The translations under genes and the position numbers were made by a program. Below, piece by piece: positions 1 through 11,115 of a DNA stretch of 64,000 nucleotides; within the stretch, counting starts at the first letter, position 1, and every line of letters starts with the position of its first letter. The stretch spans positions 160,001 through 224,000 of the forward strand of contig CAWJMT010000035.1 in the NCBI GenBank assembly GCA_963844035.1. The letters run 5' to 3'. The DNA comes from an uncultured Gemmatimonadales bacterium. Lineage in GTDB: Bacteria; Gemmatimonadota; Gemmatimonadetes; Gemmatimonadales; GWC2-71-9. The notes beneath the pieces are model-generated. The model did no database searches and had not been told where the DNA came from. It saw nothing but the letters and a program-made list of their open reading frames with translations.

Positions 1-107
1 TCGGCGCGTTCCTGGCCACCTTCAAGGAATTCCCGCCGAGCCAGAAAGTCGGCAGCTTCTCGCTCGACCAGGTGCTGGAGACGCTGCAGCAGGGCGGCGG
101 CAAGTAG
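1..107 (+). CDS. 3' end of probable arylsulfatase (partial)
   Basis: Frame from nt 3 reads GAFLATFKEFPPSQKVGSFSLDQVLETLQQGGGK*, resembling the typical C-terminus of one arylsulfatase family; HAD and FGE genes lie nearby. Confidence 0.65.
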   Translation, partial: GAFLATFKEFPPSQKVGSFSLDQVLETLQQGGGK

Positions 108-140
108 CGCCGACCGGAGTAGACAACGTCGCGGTACACC

Positions 141-183
141 GGGCCGCATCCGTCGCATTGGCGGGTGCGGCCCTTTGGCTTTT
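141..183 (+). terminator. Rho-independent terminator
   Basis: GGGCCGCATCCG...CGGGTGCGGCCC hairpin followed by TTTGGCTTTT, after the stop at 107. Confidence 0.7.
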
Positions 184-274
184 GCGTACGGATGACGTGC
201 CCTAAGGTGCAATGGCTCGGGGGTGTCGCGCCGTCGAACGTTGGATTCCGACCCGCCTTCGCCAGGAGACGACG

Positions 275-1015
275 ATGAGATTCGCACCGATGCGGGCCTT
301 ACTCGGGACCGCGCTCGCGGTCGCGCTCGGCGGCAGCTCCGCCCTCGCCGTCTATGCCCAGACACCTGGCGTCACGCAGCCTACAGTCACAGCCATCGAC
401 ATCCTGCTCGTGCCGGACGCTACGATGCTCGAGCACGCGCAGGCCGACAACGCCCGTCTGCTCAAGGTTTACCCGAAAGGGTTCCCCCTGGATGCGAGCC
501 ACCGTCCGCACATCACGATGCTCCAATGTTTCGTCCGCACTGCGGACTTGGACAAGGTGTATGCTGCTGAAGAAAAGGTGTTCGCTGCTGCCAACGTGAA
601 CGCGATGAAGCTGGAGGCGTTCAAACGCTACTACCTCCCCGTCGGCGCGCTTGGCATCGCGGGCATTGTCGCCAGGCCGTCCCCTGAGTTACTCAAGTTG
701 CAGGCGGACATCATTGCCGCCGCGAAGCCCTATGTGGTGGAGACCGGGACCATCGGCGCGTTCGCCGCCCCGCACGAAGATCCCGCCATCGACGCGGCTC
801 TGATCCAGTATGTCTCCACGTTTGCGCAAAAGGCGACGGGCGAGCATTTCAATCCGCACGTCAGCACCGGCAACGCGCCAACAGCGTATCTCGACCAGAT
901 GATCGCCGAACCGTTTGAGACCTTCACCTTCTCGCCGGCGGGCGCGGCTGTGTACCAGCTCGGCCCGTTCGGCACGGCCGCCAAGAACCTCAAGCAGTGG
1001 GCCTTGAAACCGTGA
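275..1015 (+). CDS. Exported 2H-phosphoesterase (2'-5' RNA ligase-like) family protein
   Basis: AGGAG RBS at 264; signal peptide; two Hx(T/S) motifs (PHITM, PHVST). Confidence 0.65.
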   Translation: MRFAPMRALLGTALAVALGGSSALAVYAQTPGVTQPTVTAIDILLVPDATMLEHAQADNARLLKVYPKGFPLDASHRPHITMLQCFVRTADLDKVYAAEEKVFAAANVNAMKLEAFKRYYLPVGALGIAGIVARPSPELLKLQADIIAAAKPYVVETGTIGAFAAPHEDPAIDAALIQYVSTFAQKATGEHFNPHVSTGNAPTAYLDQMIAEPFETFTFSPAGAAVYQLGPFGTAAKNLKQWALKP

Positions 1016-1127
1016 AGCGCTCGCGGGAGGGCGGGCGGTGGGTCCTGTCCTAAGGTGCAATGGTTCCGTTAGCCTTGCCCGTGGAATCTTCTCACGCAGA
1101 CCCGGACGACCTCCCGAGGAGACGACG

Positions 1128-2123
1128 ATGAGAACCGCACCGATGTTCGCCCTGCTCGGCACCGCGTTCGCGTTCGCGCTCGGCGGCCCCACCCCGACAG
1201 TTCACTCCGCTGACCCGCTGCCCTCGTGGAACGAGGGGAAGGCCAAACAGTCCGTCCTCGCGTTCGTCAGTAAGGTGACGACGGAAGGCTCGCCGGCGTT
1301 CGTCCCTGCGCCCGAGCGCATTGCCGTGTTCGATAACGACGGCACGCTCTGGGCCGAGCAGCCGATGCCCTTTCAGCTGCTGTTCGCGCTCGACCGAGTG
1401 AAGGCGCTGGCGCCCCAGCACCCGGAGTGGAAGGACCAGGAGCCGTACGCCTCGCTCCTCAAGGGCGACGTGAAGGGCGCGCTCACGGCGGACGATCATG
1501 CGATGCTCGGCATCATCATGACGACCCACGCCGGCATGACCACCGACGAGTTCGACAAGATCGTCAAGGACTGGCTCGCCACCGCGAAGCATCCCGTGAC
1601 CAAACGGCCATACACCGCGATGGTGTATCAGCCGATGCTCGAGTTGCTCGCCTATCTGCGGGCGAACGGCTTCAAGACCTACATCGTCTCGGGCGGTGGC
1701 ACGGAGTTCATGCGCGCCTGGACGGAGCGGGTGTACGGCATCCCGCCCGAGCAGGTCATCGGCAGCACCATCAAGACGGCCTGGGCGTGGCAGGACGGCA
1801 AGCCGGTCCTCATGCGCCTGCCCGACGTGGATTTCATCGACGACAAGACCGGCAAGCCGGTCGGCATCCAGGAACGCATCGGCCGCCGTCCCATCGCGGC
1901 CTTCGGGAACTCCGACGGCGACCTGCAGATGCTGCAGTGGACGACCACCGGAAGCGGCGCGCGCTTTGGACTCGTGGTCCACCATACCGACGCGGCCCGG
2001 GAATGGGCCTATGACAGCACCGGATCCATCGGGCGTCTCGACCAGGCGCTCGTCGAAGCGCGGACGAAAGGCTGGACGGTCGTAGACATGAAGCAGGATT
2101 GGAAGACGATTTTCCCACAGTAG
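1128..2123 (+). CDS. Exported HAD-family hydrolase
   Basis: RBS at 1117; signal peptide; FDNDGTLW motif I, IVSGGG, FGNSDGD. Confidence 0.9.
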   Translation: MRTAPMFALLGTAFAFALGGPTPTVHSADPLPSWNEGKAKQSVLAFVSKVTTEGSPAFVPAPERIAVFDNDGTLWAEQPMPFQLLFALDRVKALAPQHPEWKDQEPYASLLKGDVKGALTADDHAMLGIIMTTHAGMTTDEFDKIVKDWLATAKHPVTKRPYTAMVYQPMLELLAYLRANGFKTYIVSGGGTEFMRAWTERVYGIPPEQVIGSTIKTAWAWQDGKPVLMRLPDVDFIDDKTGKPVGIQERIGRRPIAAFGNSDGDLQMLQWTTTGSGARFGLVVHHTDAAREWAYDSTGSIGRLDQALVEARTKGWTVVDMKQDWKTIFPQ

Positions 2124-2137
2124 ACGCAACAAACAGC

Positions 2138-2440
2138 ATGGTAAAGCTGGGTCACAATTTCGTGAGGGCCTTGAAGCATCCCCGCTGGCGCTGGGCCCTC
2201 CTGACCGCCGTGTTGTCGGACGCTCTGGGGTTCGGCGTGGTGTTGCTGCCTCCAGTGCAGTGGGCGTTGGATGCCGTTACGGCGGGCGTGCTGTTCGCGG
2301 TGCTGGGTTTCCGTTGGGCGCTGTTGTCGGCTCTGGCCATTGAGGTGGTGCCGGCGGTGCAATTGTTCCCGGCCTGGACGCTGGTCGTCGTGGCCCTGGC
2401 GAGCGCGCACGACTCACCGCCGCGACCGCCGCTCCCATGA
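2138..2440 (+). CDS. Small hypothetical membrane protein
   Basis: Hydrophobic ORF; ATGA overlap with the next gene. Confidence 0.6.
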   Translation: MVKLGHNFVRALKHPRWRWALLTAVLSDALGFGVVLLPPVQWALDAVTAGVLFAVLGFRWALLSALAIEVVPAVQLFPAWTLVVVALASAHDSPPRPPLP

Positions 2441-3337
2441 AGTTCCTCACGGCGCTGGTACTCGCTGGTCACGCGTGCGCGCCGCCGGAGGCGCGGACCG
2501 CGGTCCCTTCCATGAAACAGCTGCGGAACATGACGTACGTCGGCGTTGACGAGCGCGTGGGGCGGGTGACGCTCACGAACGGTCGCTGGGAAGGCGCGCC
2601 GCTGGTCCCTGGTGCGGCCTCCAGGCCGATGGTGGAGCTGGTTGACTCCGTTCGCGTCGTGGGCGACCTCGATGGCGACGGCAGCGACGAAGTCGTGGTC
2701 CATCTCTCGTACAGCGCCGGCGGTTCGGCCACCTGGTCGTTCCTCGCGGTGGTGGCTCGCGAAGCGGGTGCCTGGCGCAACGTGGCGACGACGCCGCTCG
2801 GCGACCGCGTGCAGATCCGATCGGCCCGATCGAGGGCGGCCGGCTGCGCGTGAGCGCGCTGCGAGCGGGACCGAATGACGCGGCGTGCTGTCCCAGTCGA
2901 GCCTGTGGAATGGCAATGGACACTCGGCGGCGGCAGGCTGAACGCGGTCGATACCACCGGGACACACCCGCTCGCCGGCACGTCCTGGCAGCTCGTCCGG
3001 TTCCAGGGGAGCGACGGCTTGGTCCTGACTCCGGACGACCGGTCGAAGTACACGATCACCTTCGGAGCCGATGCCAGAGTCAGCGCGCGCATCGATTGCA
3101 ACCGCGGCAGCGGCACCTGGACCTCCGCCGGCCCGAGCCAGCTGCAGTTCGGTCCGCTCGCGCTGACACGCGCCATGTGCCCGCCGGGCTCGCTGCACGA
3201 TCGCATCGTCAAAGATTGGGGATACGTCCGCTCGTACGTCTTGAAGAACGGCCATCTGTTTCTCTCCCTGATGGCCGACGGCGGCATCTACGAGCTTCGA
3301 GCCGCTCCCGGTGGTTGGGAATGGAGATCACATGTAG
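2437..3337 (+). CDS. META/HslJ domain exported protein (frameshifts near 2830, 2900 and 3295)
   Basis: Joins ORFs 2437..2853 and 2875..; LAGTSWQLVRF...DCNRGSG...FGPLALTRAMCP META signature; end reconstructed. Confidence 0.7.
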
Positions 3338-3464
3338 GCAAAACGCACCTCACAGGCGAATCGCCTCCGTGGCATCGGTCCGTGACCCCGCTCACCTCAG
3401 AAGTTGCCCTAAACCCCCATCGTACGGCTGCTTGTCGCTCGCTCCTTCCTTAGAGGAACGTCCC

Positions 3465-4806
3465 GTGCGGATTTCTGCTGTGAGCTTGGGCCTGGTGGCC
3501 CTGATTGCGTATGCCGCGCCCCTCGAGCGCTCAGTTCGCGAGTGCGCGCGGCATGGGCATGGGTGGGGTGAGTCTCACCAGGGACGGTACCCTGACGCGC
3601 TACAATCCGGCCTATCGCGCCGTGCTGGACCGCCCCGGCCAGCCCGGGGCCCCGAAGCTCACGGTCCCGCTGCCGCTGGGACTGTTCCGTTTCTTCCACG
3701 ATCACCCGATAGGGCAGATCAAGGACGATCCGATGTTCCATCCGGACTCTGCGAATTTCAACCCGGTGGATCTGATCAACCTGATCCTCAACCCCCCGTT
3801 CAACTATCCGTTGAAAGATCCGGATGCGCCGACGAACGACATCGAGTTCGGCATCGGGAAGGACTCGCTGCAGATCCTGCTCGGGAGTGCCCAGGCGATC
3901 GTTCCGGCAGGTCCGTTCGGCATCACGAACTCCGCCCGCCTGTTCGATTTCAATGTGGGGGTCAAGGGCGCGCGCATCGGCGTAACGACCTGGTTGCAGA
4001 CGAAGGTCACCTTCCAGCTCGGGGATTCGCTCCTCTCAGTGTTGAAGGAAGGGAACCCCGTGACGGACAACACCAACTACACCTTGAGCCAGAGCAGTCT
4101 CGCGCAGGCAGGGTGGGCCCCGTCCCTCGGATGGGCAGGCAAGGTGTACGGGACCAGTGAGCGCGGGTTCTACCTTGGCGGCAACGTCCACTACTACTTC
4201 GGCGTTGCCTATGCCCAGGCCACCAGCATGGGCGGCTTCATGACGGGGGACACGATCTTCGGGAATACGCTGGCCCTCAGCGCGGTGAACAAGATCAGCT
4301 ACTCGGCCTTTGGCAACTCATTCGGTCACGGCATCGGGGTCGATCTCGGCGCTGTGTGGGTGTCGGGGCCGATCGAAGTCGGGCTCGGCGTCAGCGACAT
4401 CGGTGCCACGCTCACCTGGGGCGACACGCGCACCGACTTCCAGCACTACGACACCACGACCAATGAGATCGTGACCGACTCGGTGTACCGGCATCAGGAG
4501 ACCAAGACCAAGCTGCCCGTGCTGTACCTTGCGAACCTCTCCTACACCACCGGGCCCACCACCGTCGGGTTTAACCTCGTGAACGGCGGTAATGGCACCC
4601 AGCTCCGCGTGGGCGCCGAGCAGCGGTTCGGTCCGTTCGTGGTGCGCGGTGGGCTGGGGCGCGATCAGCGGAAGCAGGTCCAGTTCGGCGGGGGTGGGGG
4701 GATTCGGATGGGACCGATACAGCTCGACGTCGGCATCGCGACGCACTCAAACTCGCTCTCGGACGAGCGAGGCTACACGCTCGCGACCTCACTCTCGATC
4801 TACTAG
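3465..4806 (+). CDS. Putative outer-membrane beta-barrel protein (frameshift near 3525)
   Basis: GAGGA RBS, GTG and signal peptide in one frame, continuing in ORF 3505..4806; YNPA motif, alternating beta-strands, terminal aromatic residue (LSIY). Confidence 0.65.
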
Positions 4807-4816
4807 GAGACGCGTC

Positions 4817-5385
4817 ATGCGGAGAACATGGATCGGGTTGGGGGTGGTGCTGGCGAGCGTCACGGCGGCTTGTGGCGCGGGGCGTGTGATCTTCAACGTC
4901 GATGTGTACAGCTTCCTCAAGGGGACCACGGACACGGTCGCCTACATTGCGCCACCGCTCTCGTCCAACATCACCGCATCCAACCCGGCGCAGAAGATCA
5001 ACCTGGTGCCGGGTCTGGGACAGTCGGGGATCGATACGGTGAAAGTCAGTTTCACCGCGAGCGTGATGAACCAGACCGGCGGTCCCGGCACGCTTGCGGT
5101 TCCAGGTCTACCTCGCTGCCGACTCGGCGGGCACGTACGGTGCCGGGAAGGACAGCTTGTTCAGCCCCGCGCCCTCGGCGAACATCACGGCGGGGGTGAA
5201 CACCCAGCCGATGGCCTTCGCGGTGCCGAATCTGTCGCCGAGCGAGCGATTCGCTGTTCACCAACTCGTCGGTCTGGGTCCGCCTCACGGCCACCGTCTC
5301 GAACTCAGGGGCCGCGATCATGCAGGGGAAGGCCGTGCTCACGGGGCTGGATCTCCGGGTCGTGGTGACGGACCAGCTCTTCTAA
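4817..5385 (+). CDS. Hypothetical lipoprotein (frameshifted)
   Basis: AGGAG RBS; MRRTWIGLGVVLASVTAA-C lipobox; beta-rich segments continue across frames to TAA at 5385. Confidence 0.6.
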
Positions 5386-5487
5386 CAGCCGGGGGAGGGG
5401 TGCGGTGGAGCGCCCGCTCCCCGTTGCACGTTTGCAGGTTGCCCGTTGCCCGTTCCTCGTCGCCGCCGCCATCCCTATATTGAGGCT

Positions 5488-6704
<1,217 letters not shown>

Positions 6705-6712
6705 CGCGGACC

Positions 6713-7114
6713 TTACGGTTTGAGCACCTGCTCCCGCCCGTCCCCGTTGGTCAATTTCAGCCAGGTCTCCTTACCCTTCGCTTCCAGTATGACGTGCGTC
6801 TGGTCGGTCACGCCGATGAACCCGATTCCCCCGCCTTGCGCCGACCCGCCCATTTTCACCTCAGGCCGCCCCTCGGCATCGATCAGTCGGAGTATCACGT
6901 TTTCGGGGAAGGCCTCGCCGTTCGGCATGCGCCCGGGGGGCTGCACCTTGATGCTGGCCCGCACGCGCCCGTGGTCGTCCACGATCTCGAGCGCGCGACC
7001 GCGCAGCACCGGCGCGACGTCGCCCGCTTCCGCCGATCGGACGCGCCCAAGCAGCAGCACCAGGAGCCCGAGGTTGGCGACGGTCAGGGCCATCAGCAGT
7101 CGCTGGGTATTCAT
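6713..7114 (-). CDS. Hypothetical exported protein
   Basis: GAGGAG RBS; N-terminal hydrophobic segment; [12 protein letters not shown] / [10 protein letters not shown] repeats. Confidence 0.7.
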   Translation of the reverse strand: MNTQRLLMALTVANLGLLVLLLGRVRSAEAGDVAPVLRGRALEIVDDHGRVRASIKVQPPGRMPNGEAFPENVILRLIDAEGRPEVKMGGSAQGGGIGFIGVTDQTHVILEAKGKETWLKLTNGDGREQVLKP

Positions 7115-7168
7115 GGTTGTTTCTCCTCGATGGGGGATCGTGCGGGGGGAGTTGGGCGGCGTGGCCGC

Positions 7169-7522
7169 TCAGGCAATCCTACCCCCCAGGGGCACGTCGC
7201 GGTCCGGTGCGACCAATACGATGTCTCCGGCGCCCAGCACCACGCCCAGCGTCAGTACTTCGGAGTGGAAGTCGGCGATCTGGCGGGGCGGGAAGTTCAC
7301 CACGGCGAGCACCAGCCGTCCTAAGAGGTCGTCCTTCCCGTAGTGTTTCGTGATCTGTGCGCTCGACGTCTTCACTCCCAGGTCACCGAAATCGATCCGC
7401 AGCTTGAAGGCAGGCTTGCGGGCCTTGGGGAAGTCGTCCACCTGCACGATCCGGCCCACCCGAATGTCCACCTTGGCGAAGTCGTCGAAGGTGATCTGCG
7501 AGTCGAAGGTGACCTGAGCCAT
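7169..7522 (-). CDS. csaA: tRNA-binding/export chaperone CsaA
   Basis: [35 protein letters not shown]. Confidence 0.9.
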   Translation of the reverse strand: MAQVTFDSQITFDDFAKVDIRVGRIVQVDDFPKARKPAFKLRIDFGDLGVKTSSAQITKHYGKDDLLGRLVLAVVNFPPRQIADFHSEVLTLGVVLGAGDIVLVAPDRDVPLGGRIA

Positions 7523-7567
7523 AGAACCATTTAGCTTTCGATTTCACACGAGCACAAGGGTCTTCGA

Positions 7568-8302
7568 ATGGTCAGCCTCAATACCCCCCTCTGCGACTTC
7601 GGCTGGAAGGCCGTGGATTTCGACCTGCCGGGCGTGGACGGGAAGCGCTACCGCCTCCGCGACGTACTGGGCAAGAACGGGTTGCTCGTCATGTTCATCT
7701 GCAACCACTGCCCCTACGTGAAGGCGGTGCGTGAGCGCCTGGTGCGCGATGCCCGAGATCTCGCGCAGCACGGCATCGGCGCGATCGCGATCATGTCCAA
7801 CGATCCCGCCGACTATCCGGAGGACTCGTTCGAGAACATGAAGCTGGCGGCGCAGCAGTACCACTATCCGTTCCCCTACGTCTGGGACGAGTCCCAGGAC
7901 GTGGCGAAGGCGTACGCTGCCGTGTGCACCCCGGACTTCTTCGGGTTCAATGCGAACCTGGAGCTGCAGTATCGCGGCCGGCTGGATGCCTCGCGTAAGG
8001 AGACGGCCCCGGAGGCGCGCCGGGACTTGTACGAAGCGATGGTGCAGGTGGCGCGCACGGGCAAGGGACCCCTCGATCAGATCGCCAGCATCGGCTGCTC
8101 GATCAAGTGGAGGCAGGAGACCTCACCCCCTGACCCCCTCTCGGCGATCGGGAGAGGGGGAACCAAGGGACAGTTCGCTCGTGAGGAGCTTCTCAAGCGT
8201 GCCTCTGAGACATCCTTGCTGCTGAGACGTACGACTCGAAACCACACGCTTCGAGGCGCGACGCGCGAGCCTCATCGTACGATGAGTCGGCTCTGCTCGT
8301 GA
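7568..8302 (+). CDS. Thioredoxin-like AhpC/TSA family protein; family-like sequence ends near 8119, then reads through a repeat element
   Basis: FICNHCPYV, AVCTPDFF, YRGRLD, SIGCSIKW. Confidence 0.85.
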   Translation: MVSLNTPLCDFGWKAVDFDLPGVDGKRYRLRDVLGKNGLLVMFICNHCPYVKAVRERLVRDARDLAQHGIGAIAIMSNDPADYPEDSFENMKLAAQQYHYPFPYVWDESQDVAKAYAAVCTPDFFGFNANLELQYRGRLDASRKETAPEARRDLYEAMVQVARTGKGPLDQIASIGCSIKWRQETSPPDPLSAIGRGGTKGQFAREELLKRASETSLLLRRTTRNHTLRGATREPHRTMSRLCS

Positions 8303-8590
8303 ATTCCGCCGTCGATTTCGAGTACGAGGCGTAGTTCCGCACAATAGAAATCGACGATGAATCCGCGGATGACATGCTGCCTTCGAAACTTGCAGGAGCC
8401 CCCGGTACGATCGCAGCCAGTCGTCGCGCCGCAGTCCTCAGCGAAGCTGAGTCGGATGCGGATCGCGGCGGATCCACACGTGAGCACTGTACGGCCCCGG
8501 CAACCTCTGGGTGACCGGATCACCGCGCATCGGACCGTTCCCGCGCGTTCCCCCTCTCCCGATAGGGAGAGGGGGTCAGGGGGTGAGGTC
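8119..8590. mobile_element. Inverted-repeat-bounded element carrying a DUF559 endonuclease remnant
   Basis: 8119-8163 and 8547-8590 are near-perfect inverted repeats, each containing a CCCCCTCTC..GAGAGGGGG hairpin. Confidence 0.65.
8165..8523 (-). pseudogene. DUF559 (Vsr-like) endonuclease, broken by several frameshifts
   Basis: KFRRQHVIRGFIVDFYCAELRLVLEIDGGIH, then YDEARASRLEA and GFRVVRL in other frames; 5' part degenerate or poorly called. Confidence 0.75.
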
Positions 8591-8806
8591 TAACCCGGGA
8601 GGGAGTGGGGTGTCGCTCGCAGAGGGGTCGGGGTGACGCTCCACCACGGCGGGGAGTCAGGGGTGAGGTGACTCAGGGGAGGGGATCAGCGCTTCGCCGA
8701 GAACCTGCAATCCTCAGAGTTAGACCAAAGGACACGTCCCTTCCGCCCGCTCCCCGTCCACATTTGTGGTGGCAACAACTCCACGAAGCCGACGCGGGGG
8801 AGATCC

Positions 8807-9857
8807 ATGGGTCGATTGGTGAGACTCGGTGTCGTCATGTCCGTGCTGCAGCTCGCCGGCGGTGCGATGCTGGCCGCGCAGACCGAGGTCGAGCTCAAGA
8901 ACGGCGATCGCATCACGGCCGCCGTGACGCGGTCGGATGGCAAGACGCTGACCGTGACGTCACCCACCCTGGGCGACGTGGCCGTGCCGTGGGGCGCGAT
9001 CGTGCGGATCGTCTCGGACAAGACGGTGTTCGTCGTCCTGCCCGACAAAAGTACGGTCCATGGAGCCCTGACCACTGATGGGAGCGACCTTGTCGTCGCG
9101 ACCGCTGCCGGACCCGTGCGCGTGCCGCTGGCCAGCACACCGGTCCTCCGCTCCGAGGCGGAGCAGGCAGCGTTCGAGCGCTCGGAGCACCCAGGGTTGT
9201 TCGAGGGGATTGCCGGGGCGGTGGGGCTCGGCGTGACGCTCGCGCGCGGGAACAGCGAGGCGACCAACTGGTCGTTGGCGGTCACGCTCGTGCGTCTGTC
9301 GCCGCGCGACCGCTTGGCCCTCTCCTATACGGCGGTATACGCATCGGATGCGACCGGTACCACGGCAAACGACATGCGCGGCAGCGCCCGCTACGACCGG
9401 AATGTCTCGCAGCACGCGTTTGCGCTTCATCTCCGCTGACTACGAGCACAACGAGTTGCAGTTCCTCGACCTCCGCCAGGTGTACACCCTCGGCCTCGGC
9501 ATCCACGCGTTGAGGGGTACCCCCACGCGGCTCGATTTCCTGGCCGGCGCCAACTACACAATGGAATCGTACAACCCCACGCCCACCAACAACATGTTCG
9601 GCGCGACCATCGGCCAGGACCTCACCCACAGGTTCGGCTCCAATACCGTGCTGACCGAGCAGCTCATTGTCTACCCGAATCTCCAGGACGTCGGCGAGTA
9701 CCGGGCCGCGTTCGACATGCGCTTTGCGACGAAGCTCAAGAGCTGGCTGAGCTGGCTCACGACGGTGAGTGACCGCTACACGAGCACGCCGCTGCCCGGC
9801 ACCAAGAGCAACGACGTCATCTTCACGACCGGCTTGAACATCACCTTTACCCATTGA
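8807..9857 (+). CDS. DUF481-family outer-membrane protein (frameshift near 9425)
   Basis: Signal peptide, VELKNGDRIT, LARGNSE, barrel strands ending GLNITFTH. Confidence 0.8.
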
Positions 9858-9906
9858 TCGGGCGGTGAAGGATCCCGAGATTGATCGGGTGATGAAGGAT
9901 CCCGAG
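9853..9906. repeat. 27-bp tandem duplication
   Basis: ATTGATCGGGCGGTGAAGGATCCCGAG / ATTGATCGGGTGATGAAGGATCCCGAG, 2 mismatches. Confidence 0.9.
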
Positions 9907-9926
9907 AAGCAGAACCCCGTGCGATC

Positions 9927-11079
9927 ATGACATCGCGGCCCATTTGGTGGCTGGGGGTCGGGGCGGGCGCGTTGCTCTTGACCGTTGCCGTCTCACGCGG
10001 TTTGCGGCGTGTTACCAACCCTGTCCCGCCACCGGCAGCGTCCATCACGTTCACTGCCACCGTCAGCAATGCGACTCCGGCCCCCGATCCGGCGCCCGAG
10101 GGGATGGTGTGGATTCCCGGCGGCGAGTTCTCCATGGGCGCGGTCGATCCGATCGGCATGGACGCCAACGAGGTCGGGATGCACGCGACCGTGGATTCGC
10201 GCCCCGTGCATCGCGTGTACGTCGATGGGTTCTGGATGGACCGCACGGAGGTCACGAACGCGCAGTTCGCGCGCTTTGTGGCGGCGACGGGGTACGTGAC
10301 CATCGCGGAACGCGCGCCCACAAAAGAGGAGTTTCCCGACGCGCCGCCGGAGAATCTGGTGGCGGGCTCCGTCGTTTTCACGGCCACCAAGCAGCCGGTG
10401 CCCCTGGATGACCATTTCCGCTGGTGGCGCTACGAGCGCGGCGCGAGCTGGCGCCACCCCGAGGGACCCAAGACCAATCTCAAGGGCCGGGAGCTTTATC
10501 CCGTGGTGCACGTCGCCTACGACGATTGCCTCGCGTACGCGAAGTGGGCCGGCAAGCGCCTGCCCACTGAGGCAGAGTGGGAATTTGCGGCGCGCGGCGG
10601 CCTGACCGGCAAGCTGTACGCCTGGGGCGATGAGTTTCGCATGAACGACCACCCCGCGGCCAACACGTATCAGGGCACGTTTCCGATGAAGGACAGCGGC
10701 GCGGACGGGTTCAAGGGACTGTCGCCCGTGGCCTCGTTTGCCCCGAACGGCTACGGACTCTACGACGTGGCCGGGAACGTGTGGGAATGGGTGAGCGATT
10801 GGTATAGTCCCGACTACTACGAGATCCTGGTGCGGGCCGGCGGCGTCGCGCGCAATCCGCGAGGGCCCAGAATCATCCTACGATCCTTCCGAGCCCGGCG
10901 TGCAGAAGCGGGTGCACCGCGGCGGATCGTTCTTGTGCACCGAGCAGTACTGCTCGCGCTACATGGTCGGCACGCGCGGCAAGGGTGAGCCCAATACCGG
11001 TACCGATCACTTGGGCTTCCGGCTGGTGCGCGACGCGAGTAGGGCCCGCAACACTTCGACCGGCAGCGCACTCATTTGA
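9927..11079 (+). CDS. Formylglycine-generating enzyme (SUMF1/FGE family; frameshift near 10870)
   Basis: RLPTEAEWEFAARGG, GNVWEW; the shifted frame gives RGGSFLCTEQYCSRY...HLGFR. Confidence 0.9.
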
Positions 11080-11115
11080 TCCCACTCAGGGCTGCCGGCG
11101 CACGCACCCTCCGAT

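Noticed and set aside
3370..3386. Sigma54 promoter (TGGCAT...)
   Set aside because: The -12 TTGC element is missing at the required spacing.
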